Shown: positions 21,958 to 32,614, counted from the first letter of the stretch. The stretch: 64,000 nucleotides of DNA from an uncultured Aliarcobacter sp. (GCA_963677435.1 OY781945.1:1888001-1952000); one strand, 5' to 3'. Program-made: numbers and translations. The notes: generated by a model not told the origin, from the sequence alone.

Positions 21958-23169
21958 CTATTTATCCAAGTTATAAACATCGTGTAAAGCTCGAACTGCT
22001 AGTTCTGCATATTTTAAATCAACAATCATAGAAATTTTAATTTCACTTGTTGAAATAATTCTTATATTAATATTTTCATTTGCCATTGCTGTAAATGCTT
22101 TTGATGCAACACCAGTATGAGATTTCATACCAACACCAACAACTGAAACTTTACAAATAGCTTCATTGTAATCAATATTTTTAGCTTGTTCTTTAAATTT
22201 TTCCATAACTTTTTTGCAAAGTTCAAAATCTGTAGTTGGAATTGTAAAATCTAAATCAGTTGTTCCATCTAGTCCTCTTGTTTGAACTATCATATCAACA
22301 TTTATATCTGCATCTGCAAGTGAAGTAAAAATTGAAGCTGCAATTCCTGGTTTATCAGTAACTCCATACATTCCTACTCTAATTTGATTTTTATCTAAAG
22401 CAATTCCACTTACAATTGGTTTTTCCATTATATTTTCTTCCTTTGTTATTAATGTACCTTCTACTTCTGGCGTGAAGCTACTTCTTGATACTAAATTTAC
22501 ATCTAATTTTTTTGCCATTTCTACTGATCTGTTTTGTAAAACTTTTGCACCTAATGATGCTAATTCTAACATTTCATCATATGAAATTTTTTCTAATTTT
22601 TTTGCTTTTGGCTCAATTCGGGGGTCTGTTGTATAAATACCATCAACATCAGTATAAATTTCACATACATCTGCTTCAATAGCACCAGCAATTGCAACTG
22701 CTGTTAAATCTGAACCACCTCGACCTAGAGTTGAAACTCTTAATGTATCTTGAGCAACACCTTGAAAACCAGCTACGATGATAATATTTCCATCTTTTAT
22801 AGCTTCTTTCATTTGTGTTGTATCAATAGACTCAATTCTGGCTTTTGTATGAGCATTATCAGTTACGATTCCTGCTTGTCTACCACTCATTGACATAGCT
22901 TTATATCCCATTTCATTTAATGCTATTGATAGTAGGGCAGAAGTAACTCTTTCCCCTGAACTTAAAAGCATATCAATTTCATCAACTTTGGGAGTTTTTG
23001 AATAATATTCAGCATATTCTATTAATTTATTTGTTTCTCCACTCATAGCAGAAACTACAGCAATAATATCATGACCTTGATCTTTTATTTTTTTAATGAT
23101 ATTTGCAACATTTTGTATTCTATCAAGTGTACCAACACTTGTTCCACCAAACTTAAGTACTTTTAACAT
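21958..23169 (-). CDS. lysC: Aspartate kinase
   Basis: KFGGTSV, TLGRGGSD, YTDVDG and two ACT domains. Confidence 0.96.
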   Translation of the reverse strand: MLKVLKFGGTSVGTLDRIQNVANIIKKIKDQGHDIIAVVSAMSGETNKLIEYAEYYSKTPKVDEIDMLLSSGERVTSALLSIALNEMGYKAMSMSGRQAGIVTDNAHTKARIESIDTTQMKEAIKDGNIIIVAGFQGVAQDTLRVSTLGRGGSDLTAVAIAGAIEADVCEIYTDVDGIYTTDPRIEPKAKKLEKISYDEMLELASLGAKVLQNRSVEMAKKLDVNLVSRSSFTPEVEGTLITKEENIMEKPIVSGIALDKNQIRVGMYGVTDKPGIAASIFTSLADADINVDMIVQTRGLDGTTDLDFTIPTTDFELCKKVMEKFKEQAKNIDYNEAICKVSVVGVGMKSHTGVASKAFTAMANENINIRIISTSEIKISMIVDLKYAELAVRALHDVYNLDK

Positions 23170-23186
23170 CTAATTTCTTATCCTTT

Positions 23187-23684
23187 TTAAATATAACCCT
23201 CAGTTTTAAAATATTTTAGAACTTGTTTGTAAACAGTTCTTTTAAAAAAAGTTATATAATCATAAATATTTTTAGTAGGCACAAATTTATATTCGCTAAA
23301 TTCAGGAATTTCTGTGTTAATATTTATTTTAGCGCCTTTTTTCAATTTTACTAAATAATATTTTTGTCTTTGGCCATCATAAGGGTACATTCTTTTTGCA
23401 ATTGCAGGAGGGAATTCATATGAGACCCAAGTTGGATATTCAGCTATTATCTCAATATCTCTTGTTCCTATTTCCTCTTCTAATTCTCTAAATAATGCTT
23501 CTTTTGATGTCTCACCCTCATCAATACCACCTTGTGGAAATTGCCAAGCATTTTCAACATCAGTTCTTGAGGCTATAAATATTTCACATTTATGAGGATA
23601 TTTTGCTGATAGTACAATTGCTGCTACATTAGGTCGAAATTTTTTTTTCTCGTTGTTAATTGTGTTTTCATTTTTATCAGTCAT
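23187..23684 (-). CDS. rppH: RNA pyrophosphohydrolase
   Basis: RPNV and Nudix box WQFPQGGIDEGE...RELEEEIG. Confidence 0.93.
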   Translation of the reverse strand: MTDKNENTINNEKKKFRPNVAAIVLSAKYPHKCEIFIASRTDVENAWQFPQGGIDEGETSKEALFRELEEEIGTRDIEIIAEYPTWVSYEFPPAIAKRMYPYDGQRQKYYLVKLKKGAKININTEIPEFSEYKFVPTKNIYDYITFFKRTVYKQVLKYFKTEGYI

Positions 23685-23739
23685 AAATATATTTTCCCTT
23701 ATAATTAGCCAGATATTTTACAAAAACTAGGATTAAAAA

Positions 23740-24807
23740 TTGCTTTTATATATACACATTCCCTTTTGCGACAGTAAATGTTTTTACTGCGCTTTTAATT
23801 CATACACAGATAGATTTCACTTAAAACATGAATATATGAATGCATTAAAATTACAACTAAGAAATAATTTGGATAATTATGTAATTAAACATAATAAAAA
23901 GATTGAAACAGTTTTCATAGGAGGAGGAACTCCATCAACAATTAAGCCAGTTGAATATGAAGAAATTTTTGAAATGATTAAACCATATTTAGAAGAATTT
24001 GCAGAAATTACAACTGAAGCAAATCCTAATTCTGCATCATTAGAATGGCTTCAAAGTATGAAGAATTTAGGTGTTAATCGAGTAAGCTTTGGAGTACAAA
24101 GTTTTGATAATGATAAGCTAAAATTCCTAGGTCGAGCACATAATAGTAATAGTGCTATAAAAGCTATACAAAATGCCAATAGTATAGGTTTTAAAGGTAT
24201 TAATTGCGATATAATATACGGAGTACAGAATGACACTTTAGAGAGTATGAAAAAGGATTTTGACACTGCTTTTTCTTTACCAATTACGCATCTTAGTGCT
24301 TACTCATTAACTATAGAAGAAGGAACAAAATTCTTTGATAGATCAAGTGTAAAAATTGATGATGAAGAGTTGTCATATAAAATTTTTGATTACATAAATA
24401 CAAAAGGTTTTCACCAATATGAGATTTCAAATTTTGCAAAAAATAAAGAATCTGAGTCAAAACACAACTATGGTTATTGGCAACATAAAGAGTATTTAGG
24501 AGTTGGTGCTGGAGCTGTTGGATATGTGAATCAACACAGATATTATCCATCTAAAAGTTTAGAAGAATATATCAAAAATCCATTGGCTTGTGAGTTAGAA
24601 AAAATAGATGAAAATGATGTAAAAACAGAAAAAATCTTACTTGGATTTAGGTCTTTAAATGGTGTTGAAATATCACTTTTTAGTGAAGAAGAATTGAAAA
24701 AAGTTGATGATTTAGTGAACTATGACAAAGTTTATATAGAAAATGATAAGGTTTTTAATAAAAATTTTTTACTTTCAGATGAATTAGCCTTATATATTTT
24801 GGATTAA
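23740..24807 (+). CDS. hemW: Radical SAM heme chaperone
   Basis: YIHIPFC..KC.YC.F, GGGTPS, YEISNF and HN..YW. Confidence 0.9.
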   Translation: MLLYIHIPFCDSKCFYCAFNSYTDRFHLKHEYMNALKLQLRNNLDNYVIKHNKKIETVFIGGGTPSTIKPVEYEEIFEMIKPYLEEFAEITTEANPNSASLEWLQSMKNLGVNRVSFGVQSFDNDKLKFLGRAHNSNSAIKAIQNANSIGFKGINCDIIYGVQNDTLESMKKDFDTAFSLPITHLSAYSLTIEEGTKFFDRSSVKIDDEELSYKIFDYINTKGFHQYEISNFAKNKESESKHNYGYWQHKEYLGVGAGAVGYVNQHRYYPSKSLEEYIKNPLACELEKIDENDVKTEKILLGFRSLNGVEISLFSEEELKKVDDLVNYDKVYIENDKVFNKNFLLSDELALYILD

Positions 24808-24859
24808 TCTATTAATCAAACTTATATTATAATTCAAGCTTTTAAAAGGTAAAAACTAA

Positions 24860-25687
24860 ATGACGATAAAAGACACAATAAGAAAATATACAAATGAACT
24901 AAAACTTGTAACTCATATTCCAGCAAAAGAAGTTGAAATATTAATGTTACATCTTTTAGAAAAAAACACTATCTGGCTACATTTGAACTACAATATTGAG
25001 TTTGAAAAAGAGAAAGAGTTAGCTGTTTTAGTAAAAAAAAGAGCCACAAACTATCCACTAGAATACATTATAAATAAGGCTTCATTTTATGGGGAAATGT
25101 TTATAGTAAAAGAAGGTGTGTTAATACCACGACCTGAAACAGAAATTTTGGTTGAAAATACTGTTGAAATTCTAAAAGATAAAAAAGAGACTATAAAAGT
25201 TTTAGAAATAGGAACTGGCAGTGGAATAATATCTGTAATGCTTGCAATGTTGATTGAAAATATAAAAATTATAGCTGTTGATATAAATGAAAAAGCAATA
25301 GAGCTAGCAAAACAAAATGCTATAAAACATGGAGTTGAAAATAAAATAGAGTTTAGATTGAGTAATTTATATGAGAATGTAAGTGAAAATGATATTTTTA
25401 TGACCATTTCAAACCCTCCATACATTGCAAATAATTATAAACTTCCAACAAATGTAAAATATGAACCGTCAAATGCTTTGTTTGGTGGAGATATTGGGGA
25501 TGAACTTTTAAAAGATATTATAAAACAAACAAGTGAGAAAAAAATACCATATTTACTTTGTGAAATGGGATTTGATCAAAAAGCTCCTTTGGAAAATTAT
25601 TTCAAAGAGTTTAAAATTGATTTATTTAGTTTTTATAAAGATTACGAAAGTTTTGATAGAGGATTTACTCTAAAATTTAAAATATAG
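24860..25687 (+). CDS. prmC: Release factor glutamine methyltransferase
   Basis: LIPRPETE, GTGSG and NPPY. Confidence 0.94.
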   Translation: MTIKDTIRKYTNELKLVTHIPAKEVEILMLHLLEKNTIWLHLNYNIEFEKEKELAVLVKKRATNYPLEYIINKASFYGEMFIVKEGVLIPRPETEILVENTVEILKDKKETIKVLEIGTGSGIISVMLAMLIENIKIIAVDINEKAIELAKQNAIKHGVENKIEFRLSNLYENVSENDIFMTISNPPYIANNYKLPTNVKYEPSNALFGGDIGDELLKDIIKQTSEKKIPYLLCEMGFDQKAPLENYFKEFKIDLFSFYKDYESFDRGFTLKFKI

Positions 25688-25701
25688 AAAAAGGAATAAA
25701 A

Positions 25702-27669
25702 ATGTTTAAAGAATTTAATTTAGAAAATTTAGAAAATTCAAAAGAGTTGTTAGAAAACATATTAGATGAAAATAGAAAAAAAATTGCTGATTTATTAAAA
25801 ATAGAAAATAAAACTTACAAAAACTTTGTTTTACCATTTCAAGAAATAGGGGAGAGTATTAATGATTTTTTAACTCCAATCTTTCATATTGATTCAGTTA
25901 AAAATTCTGAAATCACAACAAAAGTTTATGAAGAGTGTATCCCTGTAATCTCAAAATATGAAACTGAGATTTCTCAAAATGATAATATTTATCTAGCTTT
26001 AAAAGATATACAGTCTAAAGAAAAAAGTACATTAAATAATATACAAAATAAAGTTCTTGAAAATGAAATTAGAGATTTCAAATTATCAGGTTGTCATTTG
26101 GAAACCGATAAAAAGAAAAGATTAGAGGAGATAAGTTTAAGACTTAGCGAGATATCTCATAAGTTTTCTCAAAACATTTTAAATGCTACAAATGCATTTG
26201 AAATGGTTATTGATAATTTTGAAGATGTAAAAGAAATCCCAAGTTCAGATTTAGAGTTAGCAAAATTTGAAGAAGATGGAATTACTAAATATAAATTTAC
26301 ACTTCAAATGCCATCATATTTAGCTTATATTACATATGGTACAAATAGAGAAAGAAGAGAAGAAATATATAAAGCTTATTGTACAAAAGCCCCTCAAAAT
26401 GGAAAAATTATTGAAGAAATTCTAGCTTTAAAAGATGAAAAAGTAAAAATTTTAGGATTTGATTCTTATTCACAATATTCACTTGCGACAAAGATGGCTT
26501 CAAAAGAAGAGGATGTTATCTCATTTTTAGAAGAATTAGGACACAAAGCAAAGAAAAAAGCAAAAGAAGAGCTTGAAGAGATAAAAGCAATCGCTTTAAA
26601 AGATGGTATTACAGATTTTAGATCAAGTGATATGTCATATTATTCTGAAAAACTGAAAAAAGCTCAATATGATTTAGATGAAGAGTACTACAGACCATAT
26701 TTTGAACAACAATCAGTATTAAATGGCTTCTTTGACTTCTTACATCAAATGTTTAATATTAAATTTACAAAAGCAGATACTCCTGCTTGGGATGAAAAAG
26801 TAAAAGTTTATGATTTAAGTGAAAATGATAAAACTATAGCTAGAATTTATATTGATTTAGAATCAAGAAAAGATAAAAGAGGTGGTGCATGGATGAATAA
26901 TTGGCATTCTCACTATAGAACTTCTGAGGGTGAAATAAAACTTCCAACAGCTTATATTGTAGGAAATTTTCCTCAATCTACAAAAGAAACGCCATCTTTA
27001 TTAAGACATAATGATGTTGTTACACTATTCCATGAAATGGGTCATGCATTACATCATTTATTAAGTAAAATTGAAGAACCATTTGTAAGTGGGATTTCAG
27101 GAGTTGCTTGGGATACAGTAGAATTTCCATCACAATTTTTAGAATATTTCTCTTATGATAAAGATGTTTTAAAACTTTTTGCTAAGCATTATAAAACAAA
27201 AAAAGTATTAGATGATGAGGCAATTGATAAAATTATAAAAGCTAAAAACTTTCAGTCGTCATTAGCGACAGTTAGGCAAGTTGAGTTTGCTTTGTTTGAT
27301 TTTAAACTATATCAAAAGTTATACAAAACTGAAGATGAAATACAAGATTTATTAGATACAATCAGAGACGAGTTTGCGGCTATGATACCTCCTAGATATA
27401 ATAAATTCCAAAATGGATTTTCACATATTTTCTCAGGTGGATATGCGGCTGGATATTACTCATATAAATGGGCTGAAGTTTTAAGTGCAGATGCTTTTTA
27501 TATGTTCATAGATTCAGGAAATATTTTTAATAAAGAGTTAGGAATAAAGTATAAAGATACCATTTTAAGTCAAGGTGGATCTTATGATATGGATAAATTA
27601 TTTTTTAATTTTGCACAAAGAGAGCCAAGTGTAGATTCTTTATTAAAAATTGATGGAATTATTAGCTAA
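25702..27669 (+). CDS. prlC: M3A oligopeptidase A
   Basis: HEMGH zinc motif, KRGGAWM and HIFSGGYAAGYYSYKWAEVL. Confidence 0.9.
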   Translation: MFKEFNLENLENSKELLENILDENRKKIADLLKIENKTYKNFVLPFQEIGESINDFLTPIFHIDSVKNSEITTKVYEECIPVISKYETEISQNDNIYLALKDIQSKEKSTLNNIQNKVLENEIRDFKLSGCHLETDKKKRLEEISLRLSEISHKFSQNILNATNAFEMVIDNFEDVKEIPSSDLELAKFEEDGITKYKFTLQMPSYLAYITYGTNRERREEIYKAYCTKAPQNGKIIEEILALKDEKVKILGFDSYSQYSLATKMASKEEDVISFLEELGHKAKKKAKEELEEIKAIALKDGITDFRSSDMSYYSEKLKKAQYDLDEEYYRPYFEQQSVLNGFFDFLHQMFNIKFTKADTPAWDEKVKVYDLSENDKTIARIYIDLESRKDKRGGAWMNNWHSHYRTSEGEIKLPTAYIVGNFPQSTKETPSLLRHNDVVTLFHEMGHALHHLLSKIEEPFVSGISGVAWDTVEFPSQFLEYFSYDKDVLKLFAKHYKTKKVLDDEAIDKIIKAKNFQSSLATVRQVEFALFDFKLYQKLYKTEDEIQDLLDTIRDEFAAMIPPRYNKFQNGFSHIFSGGYAAGYYSYKWAEVLSADAFYMFIDSGNIFNKELGIKYKDTILSQGGSYDMDKLFFNFAQREPSVDSLLKIDGIIS

Positions 27670-27721
27670 ATTTTGTAATAATACCACTCTTAATAACAAT
27701 ACCAACAAGGATTTAATAACC

Positions 27722-28189
27722 ATGACAAATGCAGAAACAATTTTAAAACTAAATGAAGCTTTAAGTACTCTAATTAAGGCATATGAAGAACTTCAAGAAG
27801 AAAATACTGGTTTAAAAGCTAGAATCAATGAATTAGAAGATGAAGTACTTGATCTTGAATCAGCAAAAGAAGATTTAGAAAAAAATGTTGATGAATTTAA
27901 AAATCATACTGAAAAAGACAAATCAAATATTAGCTCAATGTTAGGTAAAATAGAAAGCATTTTAAATAAAAAATCTTCAAGTACTTCTAATTCATCAAAT
28001 CATACATCAACTACACCAGTTGAAATGTCAAAAGAAAAAGTAGAAGAGAAGAAAGATGATATTTTCAGTAATCCATCAAATCCAGCTTCAAATACTTTGT
28101 TAGATAATGTAAAGAAAGAAGAAGAAAGTAATAGTAACAAAATTGATTTAAACAGAATGGCTTCATTGTTAAACGGATTTAATCACTAA
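27722..28189 (+). CDS. Hypothetical protein, N-terminal coiled coil and low-complexity tail
   Basis: AAGGA SD before ATG at 27722; heptad-rich N-terminus. Confidence 0.7.
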   Translation: MTNAETILKLNEALSTLIKAYEELQEENTGLKARINELEDEVLDLESAKEDLEKNVDEFKNHTEKDKSNISSMLGKIESILNKKSSSTSNSSNHTSTTPVEMSKEKVEEKKDDIFSNPSNPASNTLLDNVKKEEESNSNKIDLNRMASLLNGFNH

Positions 28190-28203
28190 AAAAGTTAATT
28201 AAA

Positions 28204-28473
28204 ATGATTACTCAAGTAAATAAAAACTCTTTATTTAATATGTTCGGAGTTAAAGATTTCAACCTATTAGAAGGTGTCATAGATAGTATGGCACCTTCTT
28301 TAGTTGAATATTATTTATCTAGTCTTACAGATGATGATGATACATATTTTAATAAAAGAGATATTGAAGAGTCAATTTCAATAGGGGATTATAACTTATA
28401 CATAGATTATAGTAAAAACATCTATTTAGAGTTAACTTCCACCTTTGAAGACACTACTCAATCATTTTGGTAA
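28204..28473 (+). CDS. Small acidic hypothetical protein
   Basis: 89-aa ORF co-oriented with the upstream operon. Confidence 0.6.
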   Translation: MITQVNKNSLFNMFGVKDFNLLEGVIDSMAPSLVEYYLSSLTDDDDTYFNKRDIEESISIGDYNLYIDYSKNIYLELTSTFEDTTQSFW

Positions 28474-28485
28474 TAAAATTAGTTT

Positions 28486-28842
28486 TTATAAATTAGATAA
28501 TATCATATTCTCTATACCTGTACATTTTCCAATATGTGGTAAAAGTGTAAATTCTATTTGAGGGTATAACTTTTTAAATTTTTTAATCTCACAAGGAATA
28601 TCTTCTTGTACATGTTTTCCAGCAGCTAAAAAATAAGGAAATATTTTTATTTTAGTACATTCATTTGCTATAGCTTTATTTATCGCCATAAAAATAGAAG
28701 GTTCTGTTAGTTCTAAAAAAGCATGAAAAACCAATAAGTTTTCATCTTTTACACTATTTTTTATTTTTAATACAATATCCACTATTTCATCATTTGAACT
28801 TTTAAGTTTACTTCCATGGGCAACTATAATCAAAGCTTCCAT
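28486..28842 (-). CDS. Small CbiX/SirB-type sirohydrochlorin chelatase
   Basis: HGS, AFLE and PYFLAAGKHVQEDIP. Confidence 0.85.
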   Translation of the reverse strand: MEALIIVAHGSKLKSSNDEIVDIVLKIKNSVKDENLLVFHAFLELTEPSIFMAINKAIANECTKIKIFPYFLAAGKHVQEDIPCEIKKFKKLYPQIEFTLLPHIGKCTGIENMILSNL

Positions 28843-28871
28843 TTTAATCCTTTATTATATTTATTTAAATC

Positions 28872-29924
28872 CTAAAAAATATCAGTAGTTTTATATAATC
28901 TATCTTTATCAAAGTGAGTATAAATTCTAGAAGTATTAATATCTGCATGTCCAAGAGCTTCTTGAACAAGTATCAAATCATGATGTTTAGCATAAAGCAA
29001 AGTAGCAAAACTATGTCTTAGCATATGAGCACCATTTTTTTCTTTTCTAATTCCTGCACTTATTAAGATATTTTCAACTATTCTACTAACATAAGCCTGT
29101 GTTAATCTATCAGCTTTTTGATTACAAACTAATAAATCACTATTACAAACTCTCATATCAAGCCAATTATTTAAATCATTTTCAATAATTGAACTCTTTA
29201 TCATTACAACTCTTGGTTTATTTCCTTTACCTTTTATTTGTAATAAATAAACATTATCTTCTTTAAAAATATCTTTTAATTTTAAATTTAATATCTCACT
29301 AACCCTAATACCAGTATAAATGATGATTTTTAGGATAAGTCTATTTCTATATGCTGTATTATCTGTAAATTCAAAAGTATCAATAGCTTCTAAAAATTTA
29401 TCTATCTCATTTTTATTCATATAAGAGGGTAGTTTTGTTCCACCTTTTCCACTTAATCCACCCCAATTCTTTAACTCTATTTTATATAAAAATGAAGTTC
29501 CATCATCATTTTGGTTTTGTTTATCTATGTAAGAAAAGAAAGAAAGCAGGGCAATTCTATGATTCTTTTTTGAAGCATCAGATAATGCACTTGTTTGACT
29601 TGCTAAAAAATCACTCAACATCTCTTCATCTATTTCTTTCATTGATGCTAAACCTAAATTCATGGTGAATTTGTATAATTTAAATAAGGGATTAAAATAT
29701 GTATTTACACCACTTAAACCTATATTTCTAGCCTCTTTTACGATAATACTCAATTCATCAATAGATTTTGTACCTTTAACTAATGATTGAATTATATTTG
29801 CTAATTTATCTTTGTCATTAACTTGTCTATTTGAAAGAGTTGTTAATTTATTTCTTATGAATCTTTCAATCCAAAATAAAAGAGTCTTTTCAAAACTATT
29901 TATAAAATCTAACTCATAACGCAT
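28872..29924 (-). CDS. xerH: Tyrosine recombinase XerH (chromosome dimer resolution)
   Basis: TGIRVSE, GKGNKPR, HMLRHSFAT, LGHA and Y catalytic set; ~350 aa with N-terminal extension; dif-like site 1.6 kb away. Confidence 0.9.
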   Translation of the reverse strand: MRYELDFINSFEKTLLFWIERFIRNKLTTLSNRQVNDKDKLANIIQSLVKGTKSIDELSIIVKEARNIGLSGVNTYFNPLFKLYKFTMNLGLASMKEIDEEMLSDFLASQTSALSDASKKNHRIALLSFFSYIDKQNQNDDGTSFLYKIELKNWGGLSGKGGTKLPSYMNKNEIDKFLEAIDTFEFTDNTAYRNRLILKIIIYTGIRVSEILNLKLKDIFKEDNVYLLQIKGKGNKPRVVMIKSSIIENDLNNWLDMRVCNSDLLVCNQKADRLTQAYVSRIVENILISAGIRKEKNGAHMLRHSFATLLYAKHHDLILVQEALGHADINTSRIYTHFDKDRLYKTTDIF

Positions 29925-30031
29925 ATCTATTCCTAATATTTTGTATTATCTTATTATAACAGTTTTAAAATAAAGGATTATTTTGAGATTAATTGAGTTA
30001 ATCTAAAGTTCAAATTACTTATATACTTTAT

Positions 30032-30193
30032 TTACTTATTTCCAACATAAAAAGAAGAATTAGGATCTTGTGCATTCATAACTCCTTGTTGCATTCTTTG
30101 TTCATTATCCACTTCATTTGTTTTTTGAACATAATATCTACTTGTAAAAAATAGAATCATAATAAATATTATTAACCAAGAACTTCTTTTCAT
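30032..30193 (-). CDS. Unannotated 53-aa single-TM small protein
   Basis: MKRSSWLIIFIMILFFTSRYYVQKTNEVDNEQRMQQGVMNAQDPNSSFYVGNK*, preceded by an AAAGGTG SD. Confidence 0.65.
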   Translation of the reverse strand: MKRSSWLIIFIMILFFTSRYYVQKTNEVDNEQRMQQGVMNAQDPNSSFYVGNK

Positions 30194-30882
30194 TTTATAA
30201 TTCACCTTTATACTTTATAGGAAAGTCAGGTGAGTTAAATTCTCAATTATCTGACCTTCAAAGTTTATTAAATATTGGGTTAGATATATCATCTTTTGAT
30301 AATATCTATTTAGATACGAAATTAAATGAAAGTGATAAAAAAAATATTTTAGCTTCAATACCTAGTGCATCACCATTAGAGAAAGTATTTATAACTTCAA
30401 AATTTGGATATCGATTACATCCCATTTTTAATACAAATAAACTACATACAGGTGTAGATTTAAGAGCTACAATAGGAACCAAGATATATTCAACAGCAGA
30501 TGGAATTGTTCTTACATCAAAAAAAGAGGATTTAGGAGGCTATGGAAAAATGGTAGAAATTGTTCATAATTATGGTTTTCAAACTTTATTTGGACATATG
30601 AGCGAAGTCTATGTAGAAGAGGGTGATATAATTAAAAAAGGGACTTTGCTTGGTTTATCTGGAAATACAGGTAACAGTAATGGACCTCACTTACATTATG
30701 AAATAAAATATTTAAAAAAATATTTAGATTCACAAGATTTCTTATATTGGAATACAAAAACATTTGATACGATTTTTAAAAAAAATCAAGATTTAATAAA
30801 TTGGAAAAATATGATTTTTTATATTAAGAACAATAGAAATAATACAATAGATAAGGACATTAATGTTGTCAGAGCAAGATAA
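30166..30882 (+). pseudogene. M23 metallopeptidase lacking its 5' end and a canonical start
   Basis: Frame is open from 30166 through ITSKFGYRLHP, HTGVD and HLHYE, but the first ATG/GTG/TTG (30550) lies downstream of the HxxxD zinc motif. Confidence 0.7.
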
Positions 30883-31462
30883 GTATCAAAATATTCTATC
30901 ACAAATTCATGAATTAAATAGACAAAATTTATTAACGGAAAATGAAAGAAATGAGCATATTATAAATAAATTATCAGAATTAGAATTTCAAATACAAAAC
31001 AAACAAAATGATATAAATTCAAATAGTATATTTAATAAAATACAATATACTATTATATTTTTAATAGTTATGAATTTAATTCTAACATTCTTTTTACTTT
31101 TTTCATATTTAAACAAAAATACTGTATCTATTTCAAATGAAAATAATAATCAAACAATTACTGCGAAAGAGATTATAAAAGCTGAGCCAATTGAAATAAA
31201 GCCAATTACTAATGAAAAAGAGATTGATGAAAATATAGTTCTTTTTAATAATCAAGAAATAGCCGAAGAAAGTTTTCAAGAAATGAAACCAATAATTAAA
31301 AAAGATACACAATATACATGTGAAGATGATAATTTTCAAATTAAATATAAAATACCATACACAGTTGAAATAAAAGGCAAATTATATTCTGATAAGTTTA
31401 TGTTTATTTTACAAAATGGATTAGATAGAAAGAATTGTAAAATAGATAAAAATGATATTTAA
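30863..31462 (+). CDS. Hypothetical single-pass membrane protein
   Basis: N-terminal coiled coil, one TM helix and a C-terminal Cys pair; AAGGA SD. Confidence 0.7.
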   Translation: MLSEQDKYQNILSQIHELNRQNLLTENERNEHIINKLSELEFQIQNKQNDINSNSIFNKIQYTIIFLIVMNLILTFFLLFSYLNKNTVSISNENNNQTITAKEIIKAEPIEIKPITNEKEIDENIVLFNNQEIAEESFQEMKPIIKKDTQYTCEDDNFQIKYKIPYTVEIKGKLYSDKFMFILQNGLDRKNCKIDKNDI

Positions 31463-31486
31463 TGTGTTTAGAAATATAAATGTTTA

Positions 31487-31520
31487 TTTTGTATTGAAAA
31501 CTATAATTTTCAAACAAAAA
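31487..31520. other. dif: difH-type chromosome dimer resolution site
   Basis: TTTTGTATTGAAAA-CTATAA-TTTTCAAACAAAAA: inverted TTGAAAA/TTTTCAA arms around a 6-bp spacer, intergenic between convergent genes and near xerH. Resembles the Campylobacterales difH as recalled. Confidence 0.85.
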
Positions 31521-31540
31521 GCACTAAAAGAAAAAAGAAC

Positions 31541-32614
31541 TTATTTTCTTCTTCCTCTTGAAAACTCAATTATATAATCTGCAATTTCATCTAGATGTAC
31601 TATATCTTTAACTGCGCCTGCCTGAATTGCTTTCATTGGCATTCCAAATACTACGCAACTCTCTTCATTTTGTGCAATAGTATATGCACCATTATCAAAA
31701 AGTTCTTTCATTGCAATTGTACCATCATCACCCATTCCTGTCATCATTACAGCCATAGCCGCACTTCCAACAGTATTGTTTACAGATCTGAATAAAACAT
31801 CCACACTTGGTTTATGTTGACTTACTTTTTTTGTATCCAACAATTTAGTCCTATACTCATTTCCAAATTTCTCAATAGTTAAATGCATATTTCCAGGAGC
31901 TAAATATCCATGCCCTTTTTCTAAAATCATTCCATCTTTTGCTTCACAAACTTCAACTTCTGAATGATCATTTAACCTTTGGGCAAAAGAGTTTGAAAAT
32001 CCATAAGGAATATGCTGAGTAATTAAAATAGGTGGTAAATCTCCTGGTAATCTTTTAAAAATTCTAAGTAATGATTCAACACCACCTGTAGAAGATCCAA
32101 TTGATATTAACTTCATACCAGGAAAAGTTGCAGCTCTTAATGGTATTACTTCATCAGGATGAACCTTGTATTCAATATGAGTTGTCGGTTTAGAAGTTTT
32201 TCGCAAAGCCTCTGGTTTCTTTAAAGTATATCTTTTCAATAAAAATGTTAGATTCAATAAAGTATCTTTAATTCTATCTTGAAATGATTGCATTGATTCA
32301 CCATTTTCAGGTTTAGGAATAAATCCAACAGCACCATCATCGAAAATATCATTTCCTCTTACACCCTCACCTGATACAACAACTGCTGGCATAGGATGAA
32401 GTCTCATTAAATTTCTTAAGAAAGTTACTCCATCCATTTTAGGCATATTTATATCAATTGTAACTAAATCTGGTTCATACTCTTTGATTTTTTCTCTTGC
32501 ATCATATGCATCAGTTGCTACACATACAACTTCAAACTCATCAATAGAATTTATCATATCTTTGATGATTCTTCTCATTGAGGGTGAATCATCTATTACT
32601 AAAACAGTATACAC
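31541..32614 (-). CDS. cheB: Chemotaxis methylesterase (REC plus CheB domain)
   Basis: GSSTGG, QHIP, PSVDVLF and TGMGDDG. Confidence 0.95.
   Translation of the reverse strand: MYTVLVIDDSPSMRRIIKDMINSIDEFEVVCVATDAYDAREKIKEYEPDLVTIDINMPKMDGVTFLRNLMRLHPMPAVVVSGEGVRGNDIFDDGAVGFIPKPENGESMQSFQDRIKDTLLNLTFLLKRYTLKKPEALRKTSKPTTHIEYKVHPDEVIPLRAATFPGMKLISIGSSTGGVESLLRIFKRLPGDLPPILITQHIPYGFSNSFAQRLNDHSEVEVCEAKDGMILEKGHGYLAPGNMHLTIEKFGNEYRTKLLDTKKVSQHKPSVDVLFRSVNNTVGSAAMAVMMTGMGDDGTIAMKELFDNGAYTIAQNEESCVVFGMPMKAIQAGAVKDIVHLDEIADYIIEFSRGRRK

Noticed and set aside
28872..29924. Tyrosine recombinase as the integrase of a mobile element
   Set aside because: Size, sequence and the neighbouring dif-like site fit chromosomal XerH; no att pair or cargo seen.
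29937..31495. 11-bp direct repeat TATTTTGTATT at 29937 and 31485 as a second dif or an integrated-element boundary
   Set aside because: The first copy lacks the GAAAA-N6-TTTTC core and is low complexity.
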